Of a stretch of 64,000 nt of DNA, positions 24,801 to 37,893 are shown one piece after another. The notes under the pieces were generated by a model. That model did not search any database, was not told the origin of the DNA, and worked only from the letters and a program-made list of their open reading frames with translations. The DNA is from Camelus dromedarius. Lineage: Eukaryota. Positions within the stretch are counted from its first letter, which is position 1. The number at the start of each line of letters is the position of its first letter. A program made the translations under genes and the position numbers. The DNA is taken from the NCBI RefSeq assembly GCF_036321535.1, contig NC_087437.1, positions 60,452,001 to 60,516,000 on the forward strand, written 5' to 3'.

Positions 24801-26939
24801 AAGAAAACTTTTATAGATGATAGGTATGTCTGTTACTTTTGATGTTTCTTGAATGAGTTATTAATATGATAGTTGCCAAATGACAATTTTGTAGCTTCAT
24901 CATTCCTTCTACATTTTTAATTGGTATTCTACTATAAGAAATGCTTTCTCTTCCCTCTATGATTGTAATTATTTATATATCAGTATGAATTCTTGGAGTC
25001 CTGTTTTTATTCAGTGGAATTTTATACCATCATTATCATTATTTATTTTGAGTCTCAAGTTATTCCCAGTTTGACTGATAAGAGCCCTTCAAGCTGACTT
25101 CTGTGTCCTTTGTAATGCCCTCATTATTCTTTGAGCACTTCCTTATTTTCTGACACAGCAGAATGTTCCAGGCTCATACTGCACTTGCTAGGCTCTAGCA
25201 CTGAAATCAGCCATTTCTGCAAAGATTCCTCTTTTGTTTTTGCTTTTGTTTGTTTGTTTGTTTTTAAGTTAGAGACTGGATATTTAGAAACCATGATCCA
25301 AGTGCTGGGTATTTTCATGCTATTGAGGTGTTAGTCCTCCCAGGTCTTCTCTGTGGGCACAGCTAGGGTATGGTATATATGTACATGTACACACACATTT
25401 ATTTCTGTGTTTATATACTTTGAAAATCATGCAGTCATACCAGTACCACCAAATCTAGTCTAAATTATTATATTATTGACCATATTTCCTGTTCTATATA
25501 TTGCATTCCTCATGACTTAAATAACTGGAGGTTTATACCTCTTAATTCCCTTCACCTGTTTCATCCACCTGCCCCATTTTGGCAACCACCCATTTGTTCT
25601 CTTTGTCTATGAGTCTGTTTTTTGTTTTGTTTGTTTTGTTCCACATGTAAGTGAGATCATGTGGTATTTGTCTTTCTCTGACTTACTTCACTTAGTATAA
25701 ACTCTTTTAAAACTTTTTCTCATACTTTGTCATAAATTAGGAGTCAGAACCTCTGGCTTTTTCAGGCGTTTTTAAAAAGTCGTAAGTATTCCACTGAAAG
25801 TTGGTTGACATTTAAATTATTTGTTTTAGCCTTATAATCTGGAATTCAGTTTTTTTTTTTATAGGAACAATATATAAACGGTGACAGGAGCCCCAAGTAA
25901 GACCCACAAAGGCTTCATTCCTAATGTCCTTTTAAAAAATTGTGGTAAAATATACGTAACATAAAATTTTTACTATTTTAACAATTTTTAACTATATAAT
26001 TAATTCAGTATTGTTAACTACATTCACAGCCATCACCACTGTCCATCTCCATAACTTTTTCCATCATCTCAAACAAGGAACTGGTTTAGACTGGGACATT
26101 AAAAAAAGAGGAAGGAATCAGAATCTAATGACTTAAAGTCTTTCTACAAGATACAAGAAATCCAGGTAGCAATAGTCCAGCAAATCTTTTCCTGATTCCT
26201 TACAGTTTACTTTATATGAGCTTAACTCAGTTGTAAAATGAAGGGTTAAACTTGATCTCTAGCTTCTTCAATTCTAATGGTCTTATAAAATCATAGAAAT
26301 TTGTTATCATCTTTTAGAATAATTTGGAATGCATTTTTAGTTTATTTTCTAGAGCATAAGATGGTAAAAGATCATACTAATTGTTTTTCTCTTAATATGA
26401 ATAGATCTCCCATTCCTCACCCTGCATTGTAGCATCACTGTGTATTCATTGTTGACAGTTGGAAAAGTAGAATTTGTAATATAGAGGCAGGGGAGAAAAG
26501 CTACTCATAATCCTTCCCCTAGAAATTAACTTTTCAAACATTTTTTCCATTTTTAAAATAAAAAGTTTTATCTTCCCTTTTTTATTTAATGTCGTGTCAT
26601 GTCACAGGCAGTATCTCATATGACTTACAGGCTGTTCTTACAGATGATTGTTTATTGATGCATAGTATTTAATCTTATAAAATTACCATTATTTGTCCAA
26701 CTTTATATTTAAGATATTCTGCATTTCCCCAACTATAAACAATGCTCAAGAGAACATTGAATATTAAAACATTTGTTTTTTTTTTATTTATTCCCTTAGG
26801 ATAGATTTCTAGAATTACTAAGTCAGAGTTCAAACATTTTTAAAGTTATAGATAATTACTTAAATAGATTTTCATAAAGTTTGTATGAATTTATAGATCC
26901 AACAGCAGTCTGAGAGGATCTGTTTCTGTGCATTAGATT

Positions 26940-28222
26940 TTTTTGAGTTTTTTTATTGTGATAAAATATATATAACAAAATTTACCATTTTAACCAGCTT
27001 TAACTGCACAATTCTGTGGTATTAATTATATTCCCAGTGTTGTACAACCATTACCACTATTTCCAAAACCTTTTCATTACTAAAACTTTCTTTGTAACCA
27101 TTATGCAGGAAACTCCCTATGCTCCTCTCTCCCTGGACACTGATAACTTCTAATCTGCTTTCTATGAATTTACCTACTCTAAATATTTTGTGTAAGTGTA
27201 ATCACACGATATTGACCTTTTGTATCTGGTTAATTTCACTTAGTATAATGTCTTCAAGATTTATCCATGTTGTAGCATGTATCAGAATTTCATCCCTTTT
27301 TATGACTGAATTAATATTCATTATATGCATATACCACATTTTATGTATTTCTTCATCTGTTAATGGACACTTGGGTTGTTTCCACCTTTTGGCTGTTATG
27401 AATAATGCATCACTGAACACTGGTGTAGTATATCCAAGTCCCTCTTTTCAGTTCTTTTGAGTATTTACCTAGGAGTAGAATGGTAGGAGTCATATGGTAA
27501 TCCTAGGGTTAGTTTTTTGAGGAACTGCCAAACCAAACTGTTTCCCACAGCGGTGGCACCATTTTCCATTCCCACCAGCAGTTTTTGAGGATTCCAGTTT
27601 CTGCACATCCATGTCAACGCTTGTTATTTTCTGGGTTTGTTTTCACTTTTTAAAATTACATCCCCCTAGTAGGTATGAAGTGATATATCATTTTAACTTT
27701 GATTTACATTTCCCTAATGAATAATGTTGAGTATATTTTCATGTGCGTGTTGGTCATTTGTGTATCTACACTTTGGAGGAGTGTCTATTCAAGTCCTTTG
27801 CCTATTTTTAAATTGTCTTTTTGTGATGAGTTGTAGGAGTTCTTTATATAGTCTGCATATTAAACCATCATCAGATGTATGATTTGCAAGATTTTCTCCC
27901 ATTCTATAGGTTGTCTTTTCCCTTTCTTGATAAAATCTTTTGTGTACCAAATAGCATTAATTCTGATGAAGTCTAATTTGTTTATTTATTTCTTTTTGCC
28001 ACTTATGCTTTTGATATCATATTTAAGAATCCATTCTCAAATCCAAGGTCTTGAGGGTTTACCTCTATGTTTTCTTCTAAAAGCTGATGGTTTTAGGGCT
28101 TATATTTAGGCCATTGAGTAATTTCCAGTTAGTTTTTATATAGGATGTGAGGTAGTGATTTAACTTCATTCTTTTGGATGTGGATATGCAATAGTCCCAG
28201 CACCACTACTGAAGAGACTATA
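26940..28222 (-). mobile_element. L1MB-like 3' fragment, antisense
   Basis: T-tail then L1 3'UTR. ORF-track peptide 27202-27420(-) ALFITAKRWKQPKCP is the L1 ORF2 C-terminus. Confidence 0.9.
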
Positions 28223-29205
28223 CATTTTTGATAAATCTAGATGGACTGATTTGATTTGCAACAGAAGGTCAACATTGTAATTTTATTTTGTGTTTCTTTT
28301 ATTGATGAGGAAAAGCATAGTTTCAAGTTTAGCAATTTGTTCTTCCTGTTGTAAGTCTCTCTCAAAGTACATTGTCCTCTTACTGATTTGATTTTAATTT
28401 TTTTTTATTTATGTAGGATGTCATTGGTATAGCAAATATTTATGAATTAATACAGTTTATAGGGATTGGGACTTGTTACAAAACATCTTTTCTATGTTCC
28501 AGCTACATTTTTCTAAAAATAATTTAATTAAGCCAGATAGAGTAATTGAGTACAAATATCAAAACTTCTTAGTTTAAATTATGTCACAGTGTTCCTACTT
28601 CCTTTTTTGTTTTTTCCGGTATTTGGCACATAATAGGTAATCATTGAATGTAAATTGAATTAATGACTTTACAGGCAGATGTAAGGCAGATTATTACACT
28701 TCTTGATAGTAGGGGTTAATGGCATAGATTGTTTAAAATGATATAAATTCAGTCCTTTGAATATTTTGTCTGTGGATTTGTAAGCCTCAATTGCCTGCCT
28801 CATGGGCAATAAAATTACTTTGATTCTTTGAATGCAAAGAAGAAAATAGTCAGATATATCCTGAATGCTAGGAAGATATTTTTGTAGTCTATGAAGTGAG
28901 TGTCTTGTCTCCCAGTTGAGGAATATTGTTAAGTCATTATCTTTTATTATTTTTGTTTAAACATCTAAAGAGTAGTCATTCATTTTAATTACATAATCAT
29001 TAAAATTATTATTGGTGGTATAATTATTTCTAAAATAATTCTAAAATAATTTCTGGGGAGCATTTTCTCATTTAAATTTAAGTAATATTTTACCTGCTTC
29101 AGTTATTCCTGGAAACTATAACTTATCTTTATGACAAAACTTTCTGTTATATGTTTCCCTTTTATTTGGTATTTTTCCTGATTTTTTGTCGTTGATGATT
29201 TTTAG

Positions 29206-29304
29206 CCAACAGAAGCTGTACCTCCCTCTTCTCCCACTGTCCCTGTGATCCCTGTCCTGCCAGTCCCTGCTGAGAGTACTGTCATCCTACCCACCATACC
29301 ACAG
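29206..29304 (+). CDS. DLG1: DLG1 proline-rich cassette exon I1A ([33 protein letters not shown]), 99 nt
   Basis: Acceptor gatttttAG at 29204-29205 and donor CAG|GTtttt. 33 aa, phase 0-0. Too short for the ORF track. Confidence 0.95.
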
Positions 29305-32300
29305 GTTTTTATTAGTTTCTTTTTTCTTTATAAAATTTTTATTTGTTTTTAATGTTTCATTTGTATTCTTTTCAGATTGTTTTAACTGTTTCTTTGTTAG
29401 ATTTGGTAATTCACTTTGAGCTTCAAATGGTATTTTTAGGCAATGAAATATCTAGAATTTAATATAAAATGAGTTCAATATTTGCCATTTTATTAGGTTG
29501 TCTATGAAATAAGATACATTCTAAACTTCATAATATTGATCCTTCTTAAATTTAATATCATGCTTTTTGCACTTGTAAATCTGTACAAAACAGTTTTTAA
29601 ATATTTTGCTTTGGGGAATTTTGTTTATTTTCTAAAGATAATAAGAATTATTGTCCTCCTGATCTTGTATTGGATGTATCATTTTATATATAGCATTTTA
29701 TTTTCCAGTGTATATTTATCTTCTTTTGAAATATTCATCTTTCTGTCATTTGGTAGGATAACATACTTTACATTTATTATTTAAAAGTAATGGCTGATAT
29801 ATATATAAAATGTATGGGAACTCTTTGTGGTATCTTTGTAACTTTTCTATAAATGTAAAACTATTCTAATATCATAAGTTTATTTTTTAAAAGTTAACAT
29901 ATAACAGTCAAAAAATAAAATGAAATAATAGCCAAATGTCAGAGAATCTGAACATTTTTAGTTTTCAGAGCTCTAGTAGTCCCAAGGGATGGCTTATTAA
30001 GACATGAATTACCCTACCAACAGAATTATCCAAAGTTAAAATAATGGTAGTATTATTAAGTATAATAATAATGATCTTTGGTGTGAAAGATCTCAATCTC
30101 ATTTAAAGTGTAAATAAGTGCATCTTTAGATATTTTTACTGTTATTGATCTGTAGCATAAAATCTAGTAAAAATGGTGTGTTTACTGTATAAAGGCAGTG
30201 TCAAAATTAGTCCTATTGGGGGAAATATGGAGTATCAGCTGTGATTATTCTCATCTCAGTGCCCTTCCCCTCTCCTTAAAAGTGAAAATCGGTAGGAACA
30301 TTATACAAAATAGGATTCTAGGGGAAATATAAGGTATTACTAAGACTTTAATCTGTGTTATGTTACTACCTCCATAGTCTTTGACCCTTTATAAAAATCA
30401 TTAAAAGTTAAATAATTGTAAAACTACCAAGAGTTAAATAGGTGAGTCCAGATGGATATTTTCTTTATATTGCAGAGAAGAAATTGAATTTATAAATAAA
30501 ATATAATTCTAAATAAGTAGCCAAAGGGTTATTGTAATATTGTAATAATGTAACATCTTTCCAAGTAACTAGGATTTTTTTTTAAGTAGTTTCAAGTAAC
30601 TAATTTTTTTTTAAGTAGGAGATTTGAAAGTTTATTTTACTCGTCGCTTTAACTTGTCTTTTGATGTTTAAATACTTTTCTGGAATCATTGGAAATTTTG
30701 TAGTAGTTTCTATTCTTATATTCAATAGGGAACCAATTTTTTCCTGTTTAAAGTTCTCTGACTTACTTACTCCAAGTGTCTCTAACTTAGCATCACACTA
30801 CACTTGGAAATTGTTGAGACATTGCATAGCCTTGTAGTTATAAATAAAGAATTTAGAGTCAGATTGATCTGGTTTGGAATTCCCATCCTACCACTTACTA
30901 GCTGTGTAACCAAGCAGTTTACTTAGCCATGCTAATCTTCTCTTTTTACTTATCTGTAACACTGAAGATGATAACAGTACTTACTTGAGATATTTCATAG
31001 TGACTGAAAGAATAATAATGTATGTGCAGCTGGCACAAGATCTTGGTTATTCGTATTATTAGTGTTATTTCACATTTCCTTAAGATAGTAAACCAAGGAA
31101 CAAGTTTAAAAAACAAATGAGGATATGTGAACAAGAGCCTTATTTATACTACCTAGCCTCATTTTAGGTTTTAAATATATTTATAAGTCCATGTAGAGTA
31201 GTTTAATAATTTATGTTGTTTTATATGAGAAGCTTGTGGTGAGTGTACCTCATTTTCCAGAGTAAGTATGTGCCTGATTGAGTGTAACATGTACATTATA
31301 AAATTAATAAAAGTGATTTAAAAATTTGTCTCAAAATAAATTTTGAAATCCACACCTAGTATATAACCTGATTTTAACTTTATACATAGGTATAATTTTT
31401 CTTCTAAAGGTCTACTAATTTTTTTTCCTGAAGATTTACATTTTAGATGAGTCAGGATGTAATAGAAATAGAAATGGGAGATAAAAGATATAGAGTCTAG
31501 TCCTGACTTGTGACCCAGGCAGGTTACTTAACCTCTAAGTTTTATACTCCCTTCATCTATTAAAGGGAGCGTTGGGGCAGGGAGGACTAACTCCTCCCTA
31601 ATTACTTCAGAATGCATTTGAGGACAGATAGATAGCTAAGTAGATGAAAATTTTTTAAATATTATTTTTCATTACTTGTAGAACTTTAAACTTTTTAGAG
31701 TACTTTTATATTGATCTTGTCATTTAAATTTTATAGAAACCTGCAGTAGGAATTATGCTTATTATTCAGAGTGGTACAGGGAAAGATACATTGAATGGCT
31801 GTTTGAAGCTGCAGAAAGAGCCTGGACTTTAGAGTGAGACCTGGCTTTACCACTTTCTGGCCTTACCCCTTCCTGGATGTGTGATGGGGAAATTACTCAG
31901 TTTCTCACAGCCTCCGTTTCTCCACATAGAAACTGAGCGCATATAGGTGTATAACAGATACTAGTCCTAATGGAGATACAATCATATAATCTCTATGATA
32001 CTGGCCTATTTTAATATGTAAGCTTATTTCCATCCCAGAGTAAATACTCTTCTCTAAAACCAGATTCTTTAGCTATCATGTAATTAAAGTATTGTCGAAA
32101 ATGCTTTATAACTAATTTTATGTATTTGTGTAAAAGTCTCTGTTCATACTCAAATAGATGCTTTGGAGGGATTGATTTTGTTCAGTTTTTCATTATTGTT
32201 TCAATCATGTAGTTACTGAGATGAATATAACTTTTGTGTACGCAAAAGACAACTTGACAGATAGCTCCCACATGACATTAGAGTAGTTAACATTAGAGGT

Positions 32301-35300
32301 AGATCCACTGTAGAGCATTTTGTTGCTTCTGGACCATTCAAGTTTCACAAAAGATCTGAATGTTGACTCTTAAATGATTTGATCATTAATATAATCTAAA
32401 GCATGACTTGATACATTTTTATTTTATTGATAATCTTTAAAAAAATAGCATACTTGGGTTACTTTGGTGAGCCTTTTTTAACCATACACTAATATCTCAC
32501 TGCAGTGCCCCTATTCTGTTTGTGTTTTGGGTTTTGTTTTTGTTTTTGTGTTGGTTTTGTATTACTTTCAAATCATTTCAGACTTACAGAAAGTTGCAAG
32601 AATAGTACAAAGAAATGCTATATACCTTCACATGTATCTCCCAATTGTTAACATTTTTACCTGCCACATCTGCTTTATCATTCCTCTTCTTATACGATTA
32701 TGATTTTATTTTTTGTAAACCAGTTAAAAGGAAGTTTTACTCATTCCCCTCTTACCTGTGAATAGTAATTCTTTACAATACTAAATATTTTTCCTAAGAA
32801 CAAAAATATTACCATAATATAATGAACTAAGCCAGAAAATTAACATTAATATAATACTGCAGACCTTAATTATATTTTGCCAGTTTCCCCAATAATGTTC
32901 TTTATAAGAAAAACAAAAACAGGTCCTTTGGCCAGTCCAAAACTACAGTTAATTTTCATGAGTCTGCTTTAATCTGAAGTAGCTCCATAGTCTATCTTTT
33001 ATGCTTGTGCACTTTTACAGGAGAACAGGCTAGTTGTTTTATAGAATATCCTGCAGTCTGTGTTTGATGCATTTTCTTAATTATATTGAAGTCATATATT
33101 TTTTCCCAGTTTTTTTTTTTTGTGGTACAGTACACATAATGTAAAATGTACCACCTTAACTATTTTTAAGTTTAAAGTTCAGTGGTATTAAGTGCATTCC
33201 TATTGTCATAGGAACATCATCATCATCCACCTGTAGAACTCTTTTCATCTTGGAAAATTGAAACTCTGTACCCACACTAATTTCCCATTCCTCCCTCCTC
33301 CCCCCTGGCAAGTGCCATTCTACTTTCTGTCTCAGATTTTAACTCAAGTACTTCGTATGAGTGGAATCGTAACAGTACTTGTCTTTTTGTAGCTAGTTTA
33401 TTTCACTTAGCATAGTGTCCTTAAAGTTAACCCATGCTATAGCATATGTAGCATCAGAATTTCCTTTCTTTTAAAAACTAAATAATATCCCATTTTATGT
33501 ATATATCAAGCATTGCTTATCCATTCATCTGTCAATGAACAACTTGGGTTGCTTCCACATTTTAGCTATTTACACAGGTGTACAAATACCTCTTCAAGAC
33601 TCCACTTTCAGTTCTTTTAAGTGTATACCTGAAAGTGGAATTACTGGATCATATGGTAATTTTTAATTTTTAGGTTAATCATACTATTTTTCACATTGGT
33701 ATATCATTGTGTATTCCCACCAACAGTACGCAGTGGTTCCAGTTTCTCCACATTCCTCACCAACACTCCTTATATTCTGTTTTCATAATAGTAGCTAGCC
33801 TAATAGGTATGAGGTGGTAGCTCATTGTAGTTTTGATTTGCAGCTCACTAATGATTAGTGATGTTGAGCATCTTTTCATGTACTTACTGGCCATTTGTAT
33901 ATCTTCTCTGAAGAAATATCTATTGAAGTCCTTTACCCATTTTTGAATTAAGCTGTTGGTTTTTTTGTTACTGAGTTTTAGGAGTTCTCTATATATTCTA
34001 GATATTAGTTCCTTATCAGATACATGATTTGCAAGTATTTTCTCCTGCTCTGTGGGTTGCCTTTTTACTCTGGATAGTGTGATTTTATGTGCAAAATTTT
34101 TAGCTTTCAGAAGTCCACCTTGTTTGTATTTTCTTTTGTTGCCTGTGCCTTTGGTTTTATATCCAATGACTCATTCCCAAATGCAGTGTCATGAAGCTTT
34201 TATTTTCTTCTTAGGATTTTATAGTTTTAGATCTTTTGTTTTAGTCATGGGCGTACTTTAAATTAGTTTTTGTATGTGATGTTAAGTAGGGGTTCAGCTT
34301 CATTCTTTTGCATGTGTCTGTATGTATCCATAAATCCACATCCGTTTTCCCAGCATCATTTGCTGAAAAGACTACCTTGTCCCCATTGAATGGTCTTAGC
34401 TCCCTTGTTGAAATAATTTTCCTGTATATGTAAGGGTTCATTTCTGCACTCTGTTTGACTCCATTGGTTTATGTCTGTCTTTATGCCAGTCCCAATCTGT
34501 TTTGATTACTGTAGCTTTGTATTAAGTTTTGAAATAAGAAAGTGTTGAGTCATGCAGCTTTGTCCTTCTTTTCAGGATTATTTTGGCTATTCAGATTCCT
34601 TGTGATTCCATATGAATTTTAGGATGGATTTTTCTATTTCTTAAAAAAAAAAATCACTGGGATTTTGATAGGGATTGGATGAAATCTGTAAATTGCTTTC
34701 AGTAGTATTGATATCTTAGCAGTATTAAGTCTTCCTATCTATGAACGTGGTATGTGTTTCCATTTATTTTTGTTGTCTTCAGTTTCTCTTAGCAGTGTTA
34801 TAGTTTTCATTGCATAAGTCTTTCACCTAGTTGGCTGAGTTTATTCCTAATTATTTTATTCTTTTTGATGCTGTTGTAAATGGAATTGTTTATGTCATTT
34901 TCTTTCCAGATTATTTGTGTATAGGAATGCAACTGCTTTTTGTGTGTTGACTGTACCCTGCTACTTTGCTAAGTTTGTTTATTAGTTTGAACAAATTTTT
35001 GTGTGATACTTTAGAGTTTTATGCATTTATGATCATACTGTCTGCAAACAGATGATTTTCCTTTTTGTTTGAATGTTATTTATTTTTCTCATTTGCCTAA
35101 TTGACCATGACTTTCAATACTATACTAGATAGACATGGTGAAAGTAGGCCTGCTTGCCTTGTTCCTGATCTTATTAAAGGAGAAGTTTTCAGTCTTCCAC
35201 CAAGAAAAAGTATGATGTTCATTGTAGGTTTTTCATGTATGACTTATATTATGCTGTTGTAGTTTCCTTATATTCTTGTTTAAGTGTTTTTATCAGGAAA

Positions 35301-35774
35301 GAATGTTGAATGTTGTTAGATACTTCGTTCCTGCTTTGATTGAGATGATCATGTTGTTTTTTGCCTTCATTCTGTTGACATGGTGTATTACATTGATTTT
35401 TCACTTGTTAAATTATTCTTGCATTCTAGGAGTAAATCCCACTTGGTCATGGTGTATAATCCTTTTAATATGCTGCTGAATTCAGTTTGCTAGTATTTGT
35501 TGAGATTATTGCATCAGTATTCACAAGGGATGTTGGTCTGCAGTTTTCTTATAGAACCCTTGCCTTTCACTTTAGTATCAGTGTAATGCTGGCCTCATAG
35601 AATAAGTTTGGGAGTACACCTTCCTCTTCAATTTTTGAGCAAAGTTTGAGAAAAATTGATGTTAGTTCTTCAGATGTTTGGTGGAATTCAGCAAGAAAGC
35701 CATAAGATCTCAAGAGCTTTTTTTTGTCAGAAGATTTTTGACTACTGATTCAATCTCCTTATTAATTATAACTA

Positions 35775-35942
35775 TTTTTTAAATATTTTATTTACTTTGT
35801 GCAGTTTTTTTGTTTTTGTTTGGGGGTGGTAATTAGCTTTATTTAGATAGTTAGTTAGTTTTTAATGGAGGTACCAGGGATTGAACCCAGGACCTCGTGC
35901 ATGCTAAGCATGTACTCTAACCACTGAGCTATACCCTCCCCC
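35775..35942 (-). mobile_element. tRNA-Ala(AGC)-derived SINE, camelid Vic-1-like
   Basis: The reverse complement of 35866-35942 reads GGGGGAGGGTATAGCTCAGTGGTTAGAGTACATGCTTAGCATGCACGAGGTCCTGGGTTCAATCCCTGGTACCTCCA (A and B boxes). An AT-rich body, CCCCC and an A-rich tail follow. Confidence 0.85.
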
Positions 35943-35961
35943 ACAAGAATACTCATTCCAC

Positions 35962-36717
35962 TTCTTTTTTTTTTTTAATTGAAGTATAGTCAGTTTATAA
36001 TGTGTCAATTTCTGGTGTACAGCACAATGTTTCAGTCATACATGAATATACATATATTTGTTTTCATATTCTTTATCACTGATAGCTACTACAAGATATC
36101 GAATATAGTTCCCTGTGCTATAAAGTATAAACTTGTTTATTTTATATATACCAGTCAACATCTACAAATCTCAAACTCCCAGTTTATCTCTTCCCCTCTG
36201 GTAACCATGAGTTTGTTTTCTATGTCTGTGAGTCTATTTCTGTTATATATATAAGTTCATTTGTTTTTTGTTGTTTTTTTTTAGATTCCACATATGAGTG
36301 ATATTATATGGTATTTTTCTTTCACTTTCTGGCTCACTTCACTTAGAATGACATTCCCCAGGGCCATCCATGTTGCTGCAAATGGCATTATTTAATTTTT
36401 TATGGCTAAGTAGTATTCCATTGTATAAATATAACACAACTTATTTATTCAGTCATCTGTCAGTGGACATTTAGGTTGCTTCCATATCTTGGCTATTGTA
36501 AATAATGCTACTATGAACATTGGTGCAGGTGTCTTTGAATTAAGGATCCCTCTGGATATATGCCCAGGAGTGGGATTGCTGGATCATATGCTAAATCTAT
36601 TTTTAGTTTCTTGATGAATCTCCATACTGTTTTCCACAATGGCTGCACCAAACTGCATTCCTACCAACAGTGTCGGAAGGTTCCCTTTTCTCCACATCCT
36701 CTCCAGGATTTATCATT
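35962..36717 (-). mobile_element. Younger 5'-truncated L1, nested
   Basis: Poly-T plus aattgaagtatagtcagtttataatgtgtc 3'UTR and a less decayed ORF2 end. It interrupts the older L1. Confidence 0.85.
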
Positions 36718-37759
36718 GCCCACAAGACTATTTAAATTTTCTATTCATGATTCAGTCTTGGTTAGGACTTTGTCCATTTTGTGTAGGTTATCCAATTTGT
36801 TGGTTTAGACTTATAATATTCTTATAATCCTTTTTATTTCTGTATAATTACCAATAATGTCCTGACTTGCTTCTGAATTTAGTAATTTAGTTTTCTCTCT
36901 TTTTTCCTTAGTCCATCTAACTAAAAGTTTGTCAATTTGTTTATCTTTTCTAAAAAGCAACTGTTGATCTCATTCAGTTTCTCTGTTATTTTTCTTTTCT
37001 CTTTTATTTATCTTTGCTGTAATGTTCATTACTTCATTCTTTGTAGTAACTTTGGGTTTAGTTTGTTCCTTTTCTAGTTCCTTAAGTTGTAAAGTTAGGT
37101 TATTGATTTGAGATCTTTCTTGTTTTTTAAGCTAAGCATTTGTAGTTGTAAACTTCCCCCTTAGCACTGCTTTTGCTGTGTCTCATGAGTTTTGGTATGT
37201 TGTGTTTTCATTCTCATTCATCTTTTAAGTCTTCTAATTTCCTTTGCAGTTTCTTCTTTGATTCATTGGTTACGAGTGTGTTGTTTAATTTCCAGAACTT
37301 GGCAGATTTTCCATTTTTGCTTCTGTTATTGCTTATTCTCTTCATCCCGTTTTGGTTATAGGAGATACTTTATTAGATGTCTTTCTTTCTAAATCTATTG
37401 AGGCATAATTTGTGACCTAACATGTGGTCTATTCTGGAAGATAACTCCAAGGCACTTGAGAAAAATGTATCCTGTTGTTGGGCAGAGTGTTCTAAATATG
37501 TCTGTTCTGGTTGGTTTATTGTGTCCTTTAAGTCTTCTACTTCCTTACGTATGTTTTGTCTGGTTATTTTACACATTATTTTGAGTGGGTCATTGAAATC
37601 TCCAACTGTTGTTGTAGAAGTATCTATTCTCTTTAATGCTGTCATTTTTTGTTTCATAGATTTTGATGGCTTGTCATTAGGTATACAAATGTTTGTAATT
37701 GTTATATCTTCTTGCTACATTGAACTTTTTATTAATATGTAATGTCCTTTGTCTCATAA

Positions 37760-37893
37760 CTTTTTTTATTGAAGTATAGTTGATTTACAATGTGCTAGTT
37801 TCTGGTATACAGCACAACAATTGAATCATACACACATGTATACATAGTCTTTTTCATATTCTTTTTCATTATAGGTTATTGCAAGGTATTGAA
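37760..37893 (-). mobile_element. Short L1 3' tail with TSD, nested
   Basis: tttttttattgaagtatagttgatttacaat... flanked by tgtctcataactt (37750) and tgtctcttgtaactt (37894). Confidence 0.8.

Noticed and set aside
30559..30620. Short imperfect tandem duplications (also near 29025, 51764, 57320, 57465)
   Set aside because: Ordinary slippage products with two units only, and no spacer array or CRISPR-like structure.
35866..35942. Apparent tRNA-Ala(AGC) gene on the minus strand
   Set aside because: It has extra 5' bases and continues into an AT-rich body and A-tail inside an L1, so it is a SINE head.
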